Assembly (NCBI RefSeq): GCF_009914755.1
Contig: NC_060947.1
Origin: the human T2T-CHM13v2.0 reference genome, Homo sapiens
Length of the DNA: 64,000 nt
Strand: one strand, 5' to 3'
Position 1 is the first letter of the stretch; every line of letters begins with the position of its first letter. Below the pieces are notes generated by a model. It saw only the letters and a program-made list of their open reading frames with translations. It was not told the origin of the DNA and did no database searches. The position numbers and the translations under genes were made by a program. Of the stretch, positions 28,245-41,025 are shown one piece after another.

Positions 28245-28445
28245 AATATGCCAAGCACTTTACAAACTCCATTAATCCTGACAACTCTGTGAAGTGGCCA
28301 TTATTATCTCAATTTTTGTTGATGAGGAAACTGAGGCTCAGAGAAGATAAGTGACTTGCCCAAGGTTCTTCAGCTAGTAAGTGGCAGAACCTGCCTTTAA
28401 AGCCTAGGTCTGTTCATGCAAGCCTTTATATTACTCTGCTCATGA
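28245..28445 (-). mobile_element. MIR
   Basis: gatgaggaaactgaggctcagagaagataagtgacttgcccaagg core. Confidence 0.88.
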
Positions 28446-28619
28446 CATTTTAGAAATGGCACGAGGGCATGGCATTTATAGAGCATCTTTATCTAAATTG
28501 ACCATCAAGAGCCACCCCATACCCTGCCCAAAGCTCAACAAATAAACACAGTGAGTGCTCTTAACAGCTATGCTCTACCACCATTGGCAAGGCAGTATGA
28601 ACCCTCACACTTGAACAAT

Positions 28620-29260
28620 GCTCTGAAGGTCAGTTTAGGATCCATTTGATATTAGCCTTTCCATTAGTGACCTGGGAAGATGAACAGTAAGTCTGCTTAC
28701 CATGTTTACACATAATGGCATGCTAGCCATGGAGGAAGCCAGGGAAGAAGCTACCATGGCAGCGGGGTACTACACTATCAAAATCCCCTAATAAAACTGG
28801 GGAAAAAGCCACAAATTAAGAGGAAGGAGATTAACAGAGAGAATTGCTGGGATTCAATACAGTAAAATAAATTCAAAACAATAAATCTCAATATAGCCAT
28901 GGCCTTATATGACTAAAACACCTGCAGACTTAACTTCTAAACATGTTAGCTGAGTAACTCTGTCATTTAATCAAGGTCCAAGAGAGATCATATAAGCAGG
29001 AGTATTGCACACAGGGTCTGAAATAATCCTTTCACTGTAAAGTATCTTCTTCTGAATTCTACCATTTAAAATTTCAGAAAGGCCATGCAAAAAGTTATAG
29101 GGATGATTGAACAGTCTAACTAAAAAAGTCTATGAAGGGAAGTGAAAGAAATTAGGAGTTTTACAATAGGCAAAAAGGAAAATAGGAATAATTTAATAAT
29201 TATCTCTAAAGAAATTACAGATTTAATCTTACTGGAGATGATCAACTATTGCAAATTTTA
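28620..29260 (+). mobile_element. Probable CR1/L3 LINE fragments
   Basis: gggatgattgaacagtct...agtctatgaagggaagtgaaagaaattaggagtttt resembles the CR1/L3 ORF2 3' part; similar piece near 27205-27240. Confidence 0.45.
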
Positions 29261-29915
29261 AAAATTTGCTAAGCATGCTCCTAATATGAATCCATTCTAG
29301 TTAAATAATTAGCTCTGTCAGGAAAATTTTCTTCTACCCAACCCAAGTTCCAGATTATTCTTATTCTTTTCTCTCCCTGGAATTAGGTTTGGTAGCAATT
29401 CTTTTGTATAACTAATTCTGTAATAACTATTTTAATTATTCTACATTTCTATCTTTTCCATTTTAAGTGTTCAAAGAAAAACTGAAACAAACTGGTTGGC
29501 TAGGGTATCTTGGGGGAAAAGTCTTCTAGGAGGTAAAAGCAATAAAATAGAATGTATTTCTATTCATAAAAGAAAGCCCCAAGAGTGAAAAAAGAAATTA
29601 CATAGCAACAGCATCATAGTCAAATTCTTCTTTCCCAATGGGGGATTGGAAGTTTATCCTTTTGGCTTTCACTTTTTAAGTTTCACTTTGAAGCAACCCA
29701 GAACCCAAGAGTGAGGAGCTGCAACAACACCTTAGTTTTATAGAGCACTTTACAGTTTACAAATCATTTCACATTCCTTTTGCATTTGATCAGCCTGTGA
29801 GGTCTGTGAGGGACAGGGTGTAGGAATTTTGGTTCTCTGCTAGCAGATAAAGGCCTTCTTGCAGGAAATATTAGTGAAACATTGGGGCATAACTAACAGG
29901 ACATTCAAATGTCCT

Positions 29916-29953
29916 CGTTTGAGTCAGGGTTCTCCACAGACTCAGAACCAATA

Positions 29954-29989
<36 letters not shown>

Positions 29990-30009
29990 ATAGTGTGTAT
30001 ATGTGTGTG

Positions 30010-30046
<37 letters not shown>

Positions 30047-30475
30047 ATATATATAGAGAGAGATTATAGGGAATTGGCTGGAGCAATTATGGAAGCTGAG
30101 AAGTCCCATGATCTACCGGCTGCAAGCTGGAGCCCCAGGAAAGCCCATGGTGTAGTTCTAGTCTGAGCTCAAAGGCCTGAAAACCAGGAGTGCCAATGGT
30201 GTAAAGCTCAAGAGCAGGAGAAATCCAGTTTCAGCTCAAGCACTCAGGCAGAGAGAGAACAAATCTTCCTCCACCTTTTTGTTCCATTTGGCCGCTCAGT
30301 AGATTGGATGATGCCCAGCCACAATGAAGAGTATAGTCTGCTTGACGAAGTTTACCAATTCAAATGCTAATTTCATCAAGAAACACCCTCACAGACACAC
30401 CCAGAAATAATGTTTAGCCAAATATTTGAGCACCCCAATCCATTCAAGTTGACACATAAAATTAACCCCATCACA
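29916..30475 (-). mobile_element. MLT2 (ERVL) solo LTR with internal (TG)n expansion
   Basis: gagtcagggttctccacagac...caagttgacacataaaattaaccccatcaca. Confidence 0.9.
29955..30062. repeat. Compound (TG)n/(TA)n/(GA)n microsatellite
   Basis: Direct reading of the sequence. Confidence 0.92.
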
Positions 30476-30929
30476 TTCCCTAATCTCACCCCAAGGGGAA
30501 GGGGGAGGTTTTCACCTCTGAGGGACCACAGGAGAGGGGATCCCCTTTCACTCTGTTCTAGACTCTACTCAGGACACTTCCTCCCAAGGATGCTTGGATG
30601 AAATCACTTTTGAAGGCTCCATTCAACTCTGGACCCCGCACTGTCATCCAGGTAAAAACAGAAACTCATGATCAAAAGCCAGGGCAGGGCAGCCAGCAGT
30701 AAGAATTAGAGAGAATCTCCAAATGCAGAGGATAATAGAGTGGGATTCATTTAGAAAAATACAATCTAAACTATTTGGTGAGATCCAACCTGAAGGGGAG
30801 TTTGAGATGGTTCTTGAGTCAGACTGACCTGGACCCTTTTCCTATGACCAAGATGAGTTAGCCAATTTCTCCAGTCTTCCACTTGCTCACAGGTGACATG
30901 GGGATTAAAATACCCCAGCAGGATCTACT

Positions 30930-31260
30930 GATACACACAACATGAATGCCTCTTGTGAACCTTATGTTGAGTGAAAGAAGCCAGACACAAAAGAGTATCA
31001 TACCATATGATTCCATTTATATGTACTTCCAGAAGAGCCAAATGAATCTATGGGAATAGACATCGGAATAGTAATAGCCTCTAGGGTGGAGAGAGTTCAC
31101 TAAAAAGGGGCACAAAGGAACCCTTTATGGTGACAAAAGCGGTCTGTATTTTCACCGTGTTGTGGGTTGCACAGGTGCATACAGTATCAAAATTTATCTG
31201 ACTGTACAGTCACAATCTGTGCATCTTACTGAATGCTATATCTTAGTGACAGTTTCAAAA
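30930..31260 (+). mobile_element. L1ME-type 3' end, inserted in a MIR (30810-30925 and 31270-31350)
   Basis: tatgttgagtgaaagaagccagacacaaaagagt...gattccatttatatg; flanks are MIR halves. Confidence 0.75.
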
Positions 31261-31948
31261 ATGCATATATTGTTGGGCTGTTGTGAGAAATGAACAAGAT
31301 AACATAAGGAAAGCGTCTAGTGGTGTACCCAGACATACAGTAGTTGTTCAAGAAATGATGGCTAAAACTCCCTTCTTAAAAGTAACTGACTTCAGAAATC
31401 TTAATAAGTCTGCATCACGCAGAAATCCAAGATGATTCCAATGCGGGGACAGGCCATAGAGGTCATTGGCCCCCTCCTGCAGTAGCCTGCCGGTGGGCTC
31501 TCTATCACTGCAACCCCCTGGCTTCAGTGGGCAGACAGGTGGGTACTGTCCAAGAAAGCTGGTAGCAGGCAAAGACCTGAGATAACCCTGGGCAGGGCTG
31601 TAGTCCCCAAGAGGCTAAAAGAGGACCCAGCTAGTGATTCCCAGTCCAGAGGAAATGCTCTCCAGACTGGGGACCCAGAGAGAGAATGAAGTAGGGAGTA
31701 GGAGTGAGGGGGCAGGACAAAGACCTGGCTTCTGGAACTCAGTGTCAAGGGAGGGCCTGGGAAGGAGGTAGAGGTCAGCTCTTACGACAAAGCAGGAGGA
31801 AAATGAAGGTCTTTCTGAGGACATAGCCTGAGCATTAGATTTCTTCCAGAGCCTGGGATGAAATCAATTCTGGATGAATCGAGTTGGCTCTGCTATCACT
31901 CAAGTTATGTAAAATTGTCCTGGATTGAACACTAGAATGATACTTCTT

Positions 31949-32541
31949 TTTTTTTTAATTATACTTTAAGTTTTAGGGTACATGTGCACAATGTGCAGGT
32001 TAGTTACATATGTATACATGTGCCATGCTGGTGTGCTGCACCCGTTAACTCGTCATTTAGCATTAGGTATATCTCCTAATGCTATCCCTCCCCCCTCCCC
32101 CCACCCCATGACAGTCCCCAGAGTGTGATGTTCCCCTTCCTGTGTCCAAGTGTTCTCATTGTTCAATTCCCACCTATAAGTGAGAACATGCGGTGCTTGG
32201 TTTTCTGTCCTTGCGATAGTTTGCTGAGAATGATGGTTTCCAGCTTCATCCATGTCCCTACAAAGGACATGAACTCATCCTTTTTTACAGCTGCATAGTA
32301 TTCCATGGTGTATATGTGCCACATTTTCTTAATCCAGTCTATCATTGATGGACATTTGGGTTGGTTCCAAGTCTTTGCTATTGTGAATAGTGCCGCAATA
32401 AACATACGTGTGCATGTGTCTTGATAGCAGCATGATTTATAGTCCTTTGGGTATATACCCAGTCATGGGATGGCTGGGTCACATGGTATTTCTAGTTCTA
32501 GGTCCCTGAGGAATCTCCACACTGACTTCCACAAGGGTTGA
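31949..32541 (-). mobile_element. Young 5'-truncated L1PA (about L1PA3-4)
   Basis: Near-consensus L1 3'UTR; perfect 18-bp TSD actagaatgatacttctt at 31931-31948 and 32542-32559; TT|AAAG endonuclease-type site. Confidence 0.97.
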
Positions 32542-32547
32542 ACTAGA

Positions 32548-32770
32548 ATGATACTTCTTAAAGGCGAATGTGCAAATGAATCCCCTAGGATGAATCCCCC
32601 GGGGATCCTGTTAAAATGCAGATTTAAAAAATTATAATAAAGCAAAATAGAAACACAAATTTTGATTCAGTAGGTCTGAGATAAGGCCTGAAATTCTGCA
32701 TTTCTAACAAGCCTCCAGGTGATGCCCGTGTTTCTTTCAGTCTATGGATCACACTGGGGTTAGCAAAAGC
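32548..32770. mobile_element. MER5A-family MITE
   Basis: gatcctgttaaaatgcaga...ttgattcagtaggtctgag...tctgcatttctaacaagcctccaggtgatgc. Confidence 0.8.
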
Positions 32771-33644
32771 CTCCTAGAAGATCCAGTTTGTGGCAGCAGT
32801 CAGATCACCAGGATGATCTGCTGGGTCTCTTTAAATATCTGTCTCCTCAGATAGAGAGAAGGAAATCACCACCACCATGCCCGAAACACACATGCACACA
32901 CGCGCACACACACACACATACGCAACACTAAAACCATGGAAGTCAATATTCTATGTGGCACTCTAAGAACCCCACTCCTATTTATTCTGGATTGAAAACA
33001 CTGCTGTAGATGGTGTTGCAAAGAGATTTATAGCTTTTAATCTTCTCATATAGCACAACTGCTAAATACAGTATAATATATGTGACAGGAATTAGTCCAG
33101 AATTTATTTAAGACTTTTCCCCCTCAGTTCATATGTCAAAAGATTGCCATTTCCAATTATTTATTAGGAATGTGATGTTTTTCAAGGTAGATGCATTACT
33201 CTTGTTATCTGCTTTCAATTAGCTGAGAATTTACTATGCTCAGCCAAATGTCCATTCATCGGCAAATTCCAGATTCCCGGCAGTCTGATTAACTTCCCAG
33301 GGCTCTTCCTTTATAGTTAAAATAAATGAGGCTGTCTATGTCTCATGCTTGCTTGCTTATGGAAGGAAACAGAATAGGTTTTGGATGAAGAAGGAGGAGG
33401 GTTGGGGAGAGGAAGAACAAGGAGGAGGGTTTGGGGGAGGAAGAGGAGGAGGAGGAGGAGAGAAGAAAAAGCCTTAAGCAATCAGGAAAGATTAAAGATG
33501 GAGATAAACACCAATCCTTAGACCAAAAGCTACCCCACACTAGAGTATATTCAGCCATATCAAAACCCAGCAGCCCAGAGGTGTAGTGCTTTCAGCAAGG
33601 GGTTGGATGACTTGAACTTGGCATGTCATTCCTTGCTGTGGGAC

Positions 33645-33845
33645 CTGGTGTAATGGGAGAAGCATGAGCTTTGGAACCAATAAGACCTGGCTCTCAATCC
33701 CAGCTAGGCCACTTAAAACTGGATCACCTTGGGTAAGTTGTCCAACATCCATTTTAAACTCTTTAAGTTTCCTCCTCTGTAAAATCACTACAGTAATGAT
33801 GAACCTGCAGATTTGTCATGAATTTAAACGAAATTGTGTCTATGT
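33645..33845 (+). mobile_element. MIR
   Basis: gcatgagctttggaacc...ccttgggtaagtt...agtttcctcctctgtaaaat. Confidence 0.75.
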
Positions 33846-34756
33846 AACGACGACCTCAGCTAAGGCAACCCTGCCCTTGAGTTTCAAACGGCATTTGTTC
33901 AAACATCTTCCAATGTGTGCAGAGGACCTTAAATCACTCCCAGCCTCTCTAGGGACTTGAAGGATTGGGGATAAAGGGATGGGAGGTGGTTAATGTTTGT
34001 CCTAGCCATGGCTGGCCACAAGCTCTTCCTTCTGAATGAGTCCTGTTCTGAACCTCCCCATTGCACAACATAGGGCATCCCTGTTCTTTTTTCTGTATTC
34101 ACACACATCCAAAATTCAACCCACTAACACAAAGTCATGTGTGTATAGTGACTTTATTACTGACAGCCTGGGGAGAAAATGGAAGTTTGCCTTGCAGCAA
34201 TTCACACACTTACAATCGAATGATAGTCACCCTTGCACTTATAAACTTCCATAGCCATTTTTGATAACTATAACTCCAGCGATCAAATATATGACTTGGT
34301 CCTCTTTCAGCCTTCTCTCTGTCTTTCTCTTTCCCTTCTGCTTGGGTGGGTAGGAGGGAGGCAGTAAAACAAAACCTAAACTTTCTTGCATCGCCCTGCT
34401 CTGTTCAGTTTAGCCCTCCCATGGCTCTGACCTCACTTTGGGGAGCCCACTTTGGATCTGGGGCTTGACATCCCAATTGTTCTTCAGTGTTATCTTCTAT
34501 GGAAACACAACTCCACAATTAATTCCCTCACCCTCAGGGATCTTTGGCTCAGCTCACCCCAGTAGAGCCCAACATCGGTGAGATATACGTGCTGCAAAGC
34601 TCCATGCATCGCACGTACAGATACCTGACAAATGGGGCTCCCATCTTAATATTTGCTGAATAACAGGATTTCCTTGGCTGCTTGGCTGGGAAGTGGTCAG
34701 GCTGGTGAAATATGCCTTACATCTTGCTTTTAAAAAATTTTTCTCCCCCATGCTTC

Positions 34757-34970
34757 TTTTTTTTTTGAGACAGGGTCTTGCTCTGTTATCCAGGCTGGAA
34801 TGTAGTGGCACAATCACAGCTCACTGTAGCTTTGACCTCCCAGGCTCAAGCTATCCTCCCACTTCAGTCTTCTGAGTAGCTGGGACTACAGGCACATATC
34901 ACCATGCCCTGCTAATTTTTGTATTTTTTTTATAGAGATGGGGTTTCACCACGTTGCCCAGACTGGTCTC
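34757..34970 (-). mobile_element. AluJ, 5'-truncated
   Basis: AluJ features gacagggtcttgctct and ggctcaagctatcctccc; 15-bp TSD tctcccccatg(c/t)ttc at 34742-34756 and 34967-34981. Confidence 0.93.
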
Positions 34971-34989
34971 CCCCATGTTTCATTTCTTA

Positions 34990-35400
34990 GTTTTTTTGTT
35001 ATACTTTCTGAGAAATTATTTTCAACTTTATCTTGCAACCCCTCTATTAAATTTGTAAGCACCCTATTTTAATTTCCATGAACTTGCACTTCTGCATTTG
35101 TTCCATTTTATCATGTCATCTTCCTGTTTCATGAATCCAGTGTCTTCTCTTATAAGTAGGAGCATTAATGATTATTAGAGTTTTTATTGCTGCCATTATT
35201 GTTATTGTTGAAATTTTCTTCTGTTCCCTGAATTTTTGCATTTCCTCTGTGTCCCTTCATTCTATGAGTTTACTTATTTGATCTCTGCCTTTTGTGTGCC
35301 AGAGGCATTTCTCCAAATGTCTGCTGATTCTTGACCGTCTACTCATATTTAAGAGAGAAGCACCACAAAGCCGAATGGAAGTTCTGTGTGCGAGGATAGT
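34990..35400 (-). mobile_element. HAL1/old L1M-like fragment
   Basis: ttttcaactttatcttgcaacccctctatt...ttcctgtttcatgaatccagtgtcttctctta resembles HAL1. Confidence 0.5.
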
Positions 35401-36002
35401 AGAACTTGTCAACTGATGGCCTTTGTTGTAGGGAAACCTGGCAAAAACCAAGCTGCTTCACTGTGGTCTAGGGTGCTGCCAATCCAAAGAACTTTGCTTC
35501 AGAATCACTCAGTTCCTCAAGAAAGGAGTCCTCTGATATTCTACCCTTGCAGCAAAGGTAATAAAGAGTGGAAGAAGGATAGAGGGGTATAAACCTGGTG
35601 GGCAGTACTCACTAAGAAGGATGGAGAAAGGAAGCAGGAAGTCTCAGGATGTAGTGTGGAACCTTCGATTCCTCAGTCATTTGGGGGTTCTATGCTGTAG
35701 AGCATAATGTGTTGCTCAAGCTTTAGCTCACATAAAAATTACCTGGAGGGCTTGTTAAATTACAGATTGCTAAGTTCCACCCCCAGAGTTCTGATTCACC
35801 TGAGGAAGTGATACAAGTCCTGAGATATTCTCCCAGTTTCCACCAATCAAATCCACAGGACAATAGAAAGTGGCTAATGGGTATGACACGAGGCACTCCA
35901 AAAAAACTCTTCTGCCAAATATAGCAAATAAATGTTCAAAATTAAAAAGTTATTCCCCTTGGTTAACAAACTCTACTCTCTTTTTTTAAATCAATGTAGC
36001 TT

Positions 36003-36338
<336 letters not shown>

Positions 36339-36399
36339 TAAATGTAGCTTTTAATGATATATTTAACATAAATATTTATCATGATTTCCTTTTAAAAAT

Positions 36400-36590
36400 T
36401 GTGACTTTTATTTTAGATACAGGGGGGTACATGTGCGTATTTGTTACATGGGAAGATTGCATGATGCTGAGGTCTCAAGTACTGAGCCCGTCACCCTAGT
36501 AGTGAGCATAGTACCCAACAAGTAGCTTTTTAACCCACCCCAGCCCCCACCACCGTCTAGTAATCCACAGTGTCTATTGCTCTCATATGG
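36400..36590 (-). mobile_element. L1 3' end fragment (L1PA16/L1PB-like)
   Basis: ttttattttagatacagggggtacatgtgcg...gtagtgagcatagtacccaaca. Confidence 0.85.
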
Positions 36591-36617
36591 ACAAACTCTC
36601 CTTTTAAATTATGAATG

Positions 36618-36980
36618 TTGTGGAATGAAACTCACTGAGGAGTGAGATCTATGTTCCCTCCTTTTGAATCTGGGCAGGGTGATGTCTGTTTAGACCAATG
36701 GATTAGGTGGAAATAGAACTGGGTAATTTGCAACTCTGGATCATAAAACGCTACGTGACTTCTGCTTAGTTCTCCTGAAACGTCACTCGGAAAGCCCTGT
36801 TGGGATGCATCCTCTTGAAATTCAGCTGCCCTGCTCCTAAAAACCCAAGCCACATGGACAGGCCACATGTTAGGGCTTCAGTTAATAGACTCTGCTGAGC
36901 CCAGCCTTCAAGGCAACCCAGGTGAAGCCCCAGACATCATGGAGCAGAGACAAGCCATACCCACAGTGTCCCATCCAGAC
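36618..36980 (+). mobile_element. MLT1 (MaLR) LTR fragment
   Basis: tctatgttccctccttttgaatctgggc...aagccacatggacaggccacatgt...catggagcagagacaagcc. Confidence 0.75.
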
Positions 36981-37304
36981 AACAAGCCTTCCCTGTCTAG
37001 GCCAGACTGCCTGCTTCACACATGCTCAGAGTAGCATTAACCAGGGCTGCAAGTTTACATGGACATATGTGATGATATGCCTCCTCCTTAAGGACTGTGA
37101 GCTACTTGAGGTCGGAAAACACACTGCTTCCTTCATTTTCACACACCCAGGGCCTAAAACATGCTTGGCATATAGTGGGAATTCACTTATCTCACATTAT
37201 TCATTTGTAAACGGACCACTCCAAGCAAAGCCTCTCAATGAGTGTCATTATAAGTCCAGATTCCATTCTTCATTCTCTCCAAAGAACAAATAATGTCTAG
37301 CACA

Positions 37305-37585
37305 AGGTTCAGTGGTCACACCCACAGGACTAGAGTTTGGCCTGCCTGAATGTGAAGCCCCAGCTCTGCTCCTTTCTTGTTGTGTGATCTTAGGTGGGCT
37401 CATAGCCTTTCTGTGCCTCAGTTTCCTCTTCTATAAAATGGGGAAAACAACTGTACCTATCTTTTAGTGTTGTTGGGGGGATTAGATACATGTAATATGC
37501 TTAGGAGATCATTTAACACCTAGTAAACACTCAGTGGCTGCTAGCGATTTTATTTTTGTTACTGTTATTATGTTGTTATTATTAG
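37305..37585 (+). mobile_element. MIR (preceded by an L2 fragment at about 37020-37210)
   Basis: tgtgtgatcttagg...ctgtgcctcagtttcctcttctataaaatgggg core. Confidence 0.85.
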
Positions 37586-38061
37586 AAGGCAATTCTTGGT
37601 ATCCTCCAGGAACCAAATTGCAAGTGCCCCCCCTTCTCATAAAAGCAGCCCCAAAAGGATGCTCCTGGCCCTGAGCCAGCAGTTGCCTCTACTTGACTGT
37701 TTTATTTGTTGGCCTTAGTGACTCGGGGACTTATTGAATTTGCTACTCACCATGCATCTGCTTGTATCATGCGGTTGCATTGGGGAGTTATAAAAACTGT
37801 CGACTTTAACACAGTGTATCTTGGGTGCACAAGAATTACCAGGGGAACTTGTTTAAAATGTAGATTCTAAAGCTCTGCTCTAGCTGGTCTGGAGTAGGGC
37901 CCAGAAACGTGTTCTTTTAATAAGCCTCCCCAGGTTCCACCAAGGCAGGGGTCCTTGGAAGCTTTGCTTCAGCAGATGGTCTCCTTAAAACAAGCACCAT
38001 CCAAACCTTGATGGCATCACTGATTACTCAAATAAATGGATTTTTTCCCAAATTATTAACA

Positions 38062-38508
38062 CAGGGTATCCAAAAAGTCAAGAACAACAGGATAAACATA
38101 TACTTAAACAATATGTTAGTTTCTATTTCAAATAATATGCTCACTACATTTTTCTTCTATTTCCATAAATCTTCTAAGGTGAGGTACTCCTAAATTTAAA
38201 GCAACGGGTCCAATTTTTACTCTGAAAAAAAGTTTATATTGTACTATGCTAAATATATAATATTACAGAGTGTCTGGAAACACAGGGAAAAAAGTGTATT
38301 TATAAATAGATATTTATAAGTGTATTTGTAAATGTATAAACAAAAATACAAGTAAATATACTCCAGAGTGTCCAGAAAGTCTAGAAACATAAAGAAAAGA
38401 TTATAATAGGTTGAGGAGAAATACACTGAGAATATTATTTGAAAATGTAGCTAACGTACTGCTTGACAATAAGTTTATCCTATGTTTTCTGGATGTTCAG
38501 ACACCCTA
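38062..38508. mobile_element. Palindromic Tc1-type MITE (DNA1_Mam-like)
   Basis: Termini cagggtatccaaaaagtc...aggataaac and gtttatcct...gacacccta|ta are inverted repeats; arms at about 38062-38160 and 38410-38508 are complementary. Confidence 0.8.
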
Positions 38509-39081
38509 TAGAATGTCATTAGATCACGGCTCACTGTGGTTACATGATTCAGATATATCAGGCCTACATTATATCTTCCTCCTCCTTCCCTTCCTTTCTG
38601 CCTCCCTTCCTCCTTTTTTCTTTTCTTTTCTTTCTTTTTTTTTGTCTTTCCTCCCACAGTCATTTTCTGAGCACCTACAATATGTAAAGCACTCTGCTAG
38701 ACATGGGTGTATGTGTTGGAGGGTGGGGGGATGGAGGGGGAGGGCGAGCCAGACCCTGCTCTTAAGGAATATTCTCCTTGGGACATAAAATATAAATATG
38801 TGACACATTTAAATGTTATTATAAGCCAGTATCTCGTATGAGTGATTCAAAAAAATATGTTATAAATTCTGGGCCAGGGGTGTGAAGCTGTGCAGCACAT
38901 TTGACATGGACAGACCATTTTTAAGGCATTTCATTATGGGATGTGAAAACTGCCTTCAGTATGTTCTCCACCTAGGATATAACCACACATGAGTCCAACA
39001 GCAAGCCATGAATGAACCCTACCCTACAATACAATGAGAATTTTTTTTAACTTTCCAAATTTCAAATGAAAGGGGATTTTT

Positions 39082-39270
<189 letters not shown>

Positions 39271-39513
39271 TAATTATCCACAACATGAGACCTGGCTCCA
39301 ACTCAGGGTTAAGGACAACAGCATGTCACCCAGTTTCTGGGCACAGGCTGGATATTACCAGAGGTAGGGAAGTGAATTTTTCCATCTCATTTTTCCTGGT
39401 TCCTTTCATGCAGATTACTTTCTTTGAGAGGTGAAGAGGAAAACGAGATGCCATCTTTAGCCTCCAGAAGGCAGGAGAGCCCGTTACTGCTATCCGTGAG
39501 AATTTGCCTAGAA

Positions 39514-39735
39514 TAGAGTTTCTCAGCTTCAGCACTATTGTCATTTGGGGCTCGCTGATTCTCTGTTGCGGGGGCTGTCCTCTCCTGTGCACTCTAGGGT
39601 GTGTAGCAGCATCCTGGGCCTCTACTGACTAGATGCCAATAGCACTCACACCCAGCTGTGACAACCAAAAATGTCCTAAGATACTGCCAAATGTCCCCTA
39701 GGGGTTGAAATTTATCCTGGGGAGCAGAATCACCT
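39514..39735. mobile_element. MER20 (hAT-Charlie)
   Basis: tttctcagcttcagcactattgtcatttgggg...gtgacaaccaaaaatgtcc...gccaaatgtccccta. Confidence 0.88.
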
Positions 39736-40439
39736 CTTGGCTATACATTGTGACCACCTGGGGTTACTGGGTGACCACTGGGTACTGATGCCTGGGGTTA
39801 GCCCCCAGAGTGTCTGATTGGATTGATCTGGTTGTCTTCTGGGCTTCAAGGTTTTTATACACTTCCCAAGGGTTGATCTCAGATTTGTCCACTGATTCTG
39901 ACTCTGACAGAGACCCTCAGTCAGATTTAATGTCTGATGTCATGTTGACCTGGTAATCACCCCAGCCTGTAGCCACCTGGCTTAATTGGCTCGGTGTTGG
40001 CATGCAGCTGATGTTGGCATCTAGCACCCGACCTCAGATAAGCCTACTGTAGCCTTTCAAGTCAAAACATTACCTTTTCCACAGTGATTTGTTATTCAGT
40101 CGTCATGTTTTACCAAGGAAATTCAGACATCAACATCGCACCAATGGGGGACATATTTGGGGGCAAGGGGTCTTTGTGACAGTCCCTCAAAACATCTCAA
40201 GAAGAAAGCTTCTCCTCACAACTCATTTTGTGAGAGTAAAGGCCATGTATGTGGTTCGTGCCTGGGTGTATGTGTGCAGGAGGAAGCACTGAGAAGTAAA
40301 TGAGAAGTAAAGCCAAGGGACAACATCCACACCTTTTTCTCTTCTCCTCTTGAAACTTCTTTGGTCTATCCCTGAGACGGCAATATGCCAGAATAATGAT
40401 CCTCCATGTTTTCACTTCTTTTAAGCAAACCTCCCCTGA

Positions 40440-41025
40440 ATGAATTAGAACAACCGCAATCTACTGCCCACATCCTATGATCCGGTCGACTCCTAGGTCT
40501 ACATTCAACAGGAGTGTTTACTTATATTACCTAAAAGTAAATACTACAGTGTTTTTAGCAGCATTTTCCATAATAGCCCAAACCGGAAACTATCCAAATG
40601 TGTATCAACAGCAGAATGGATAAATAGTGGTATTCTCACAAAGGAAGACCATACAGCCATAAGAATGAATGTTCTATAACTACACACAACATATTTGTGA
40701 CTTTCACAGATATTATGTCAGGCAATAGAAACCAGACGAAAAGGGATATATACTGATGATTGAACCTGTATAAAGTCCCCAAACAGGCAAAACTTCTTGA
40801 CACTGTTAGATGTCAGGATAGAGGTGACCCTGGGCAATGGGAATTGTGACTAGGGAGCATGAGGGGGCTTCTGGAGTGCTGCATGTCACGCTTCATTTCT
40901 TAATCTGGATATTGGTTATGTGGGTGTGTTCAGTTTAAGAAAATTGATTGACGTGTACATTTATAATTTATATAGTTTTTTGTTTGTATATTATACTTTA
41001 ATGACAACTCAATACTTAAAAACTA
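40440..41025 (+). mobile_element. L1ME-type 3' end
   Basis: ataatagcccaaaccggaaactatccaaatgt...gaatggataaata...ggagcatgagggggcttctgg. Confidence 0.8.

Noticed and set aside
32053-32645. ORFs matching the L1 ORF2 C-terminus (MFIAALFTIAKTWNQPKCP...)
   Set aside because: Part of a 5'-truncated L1 with no promoter.
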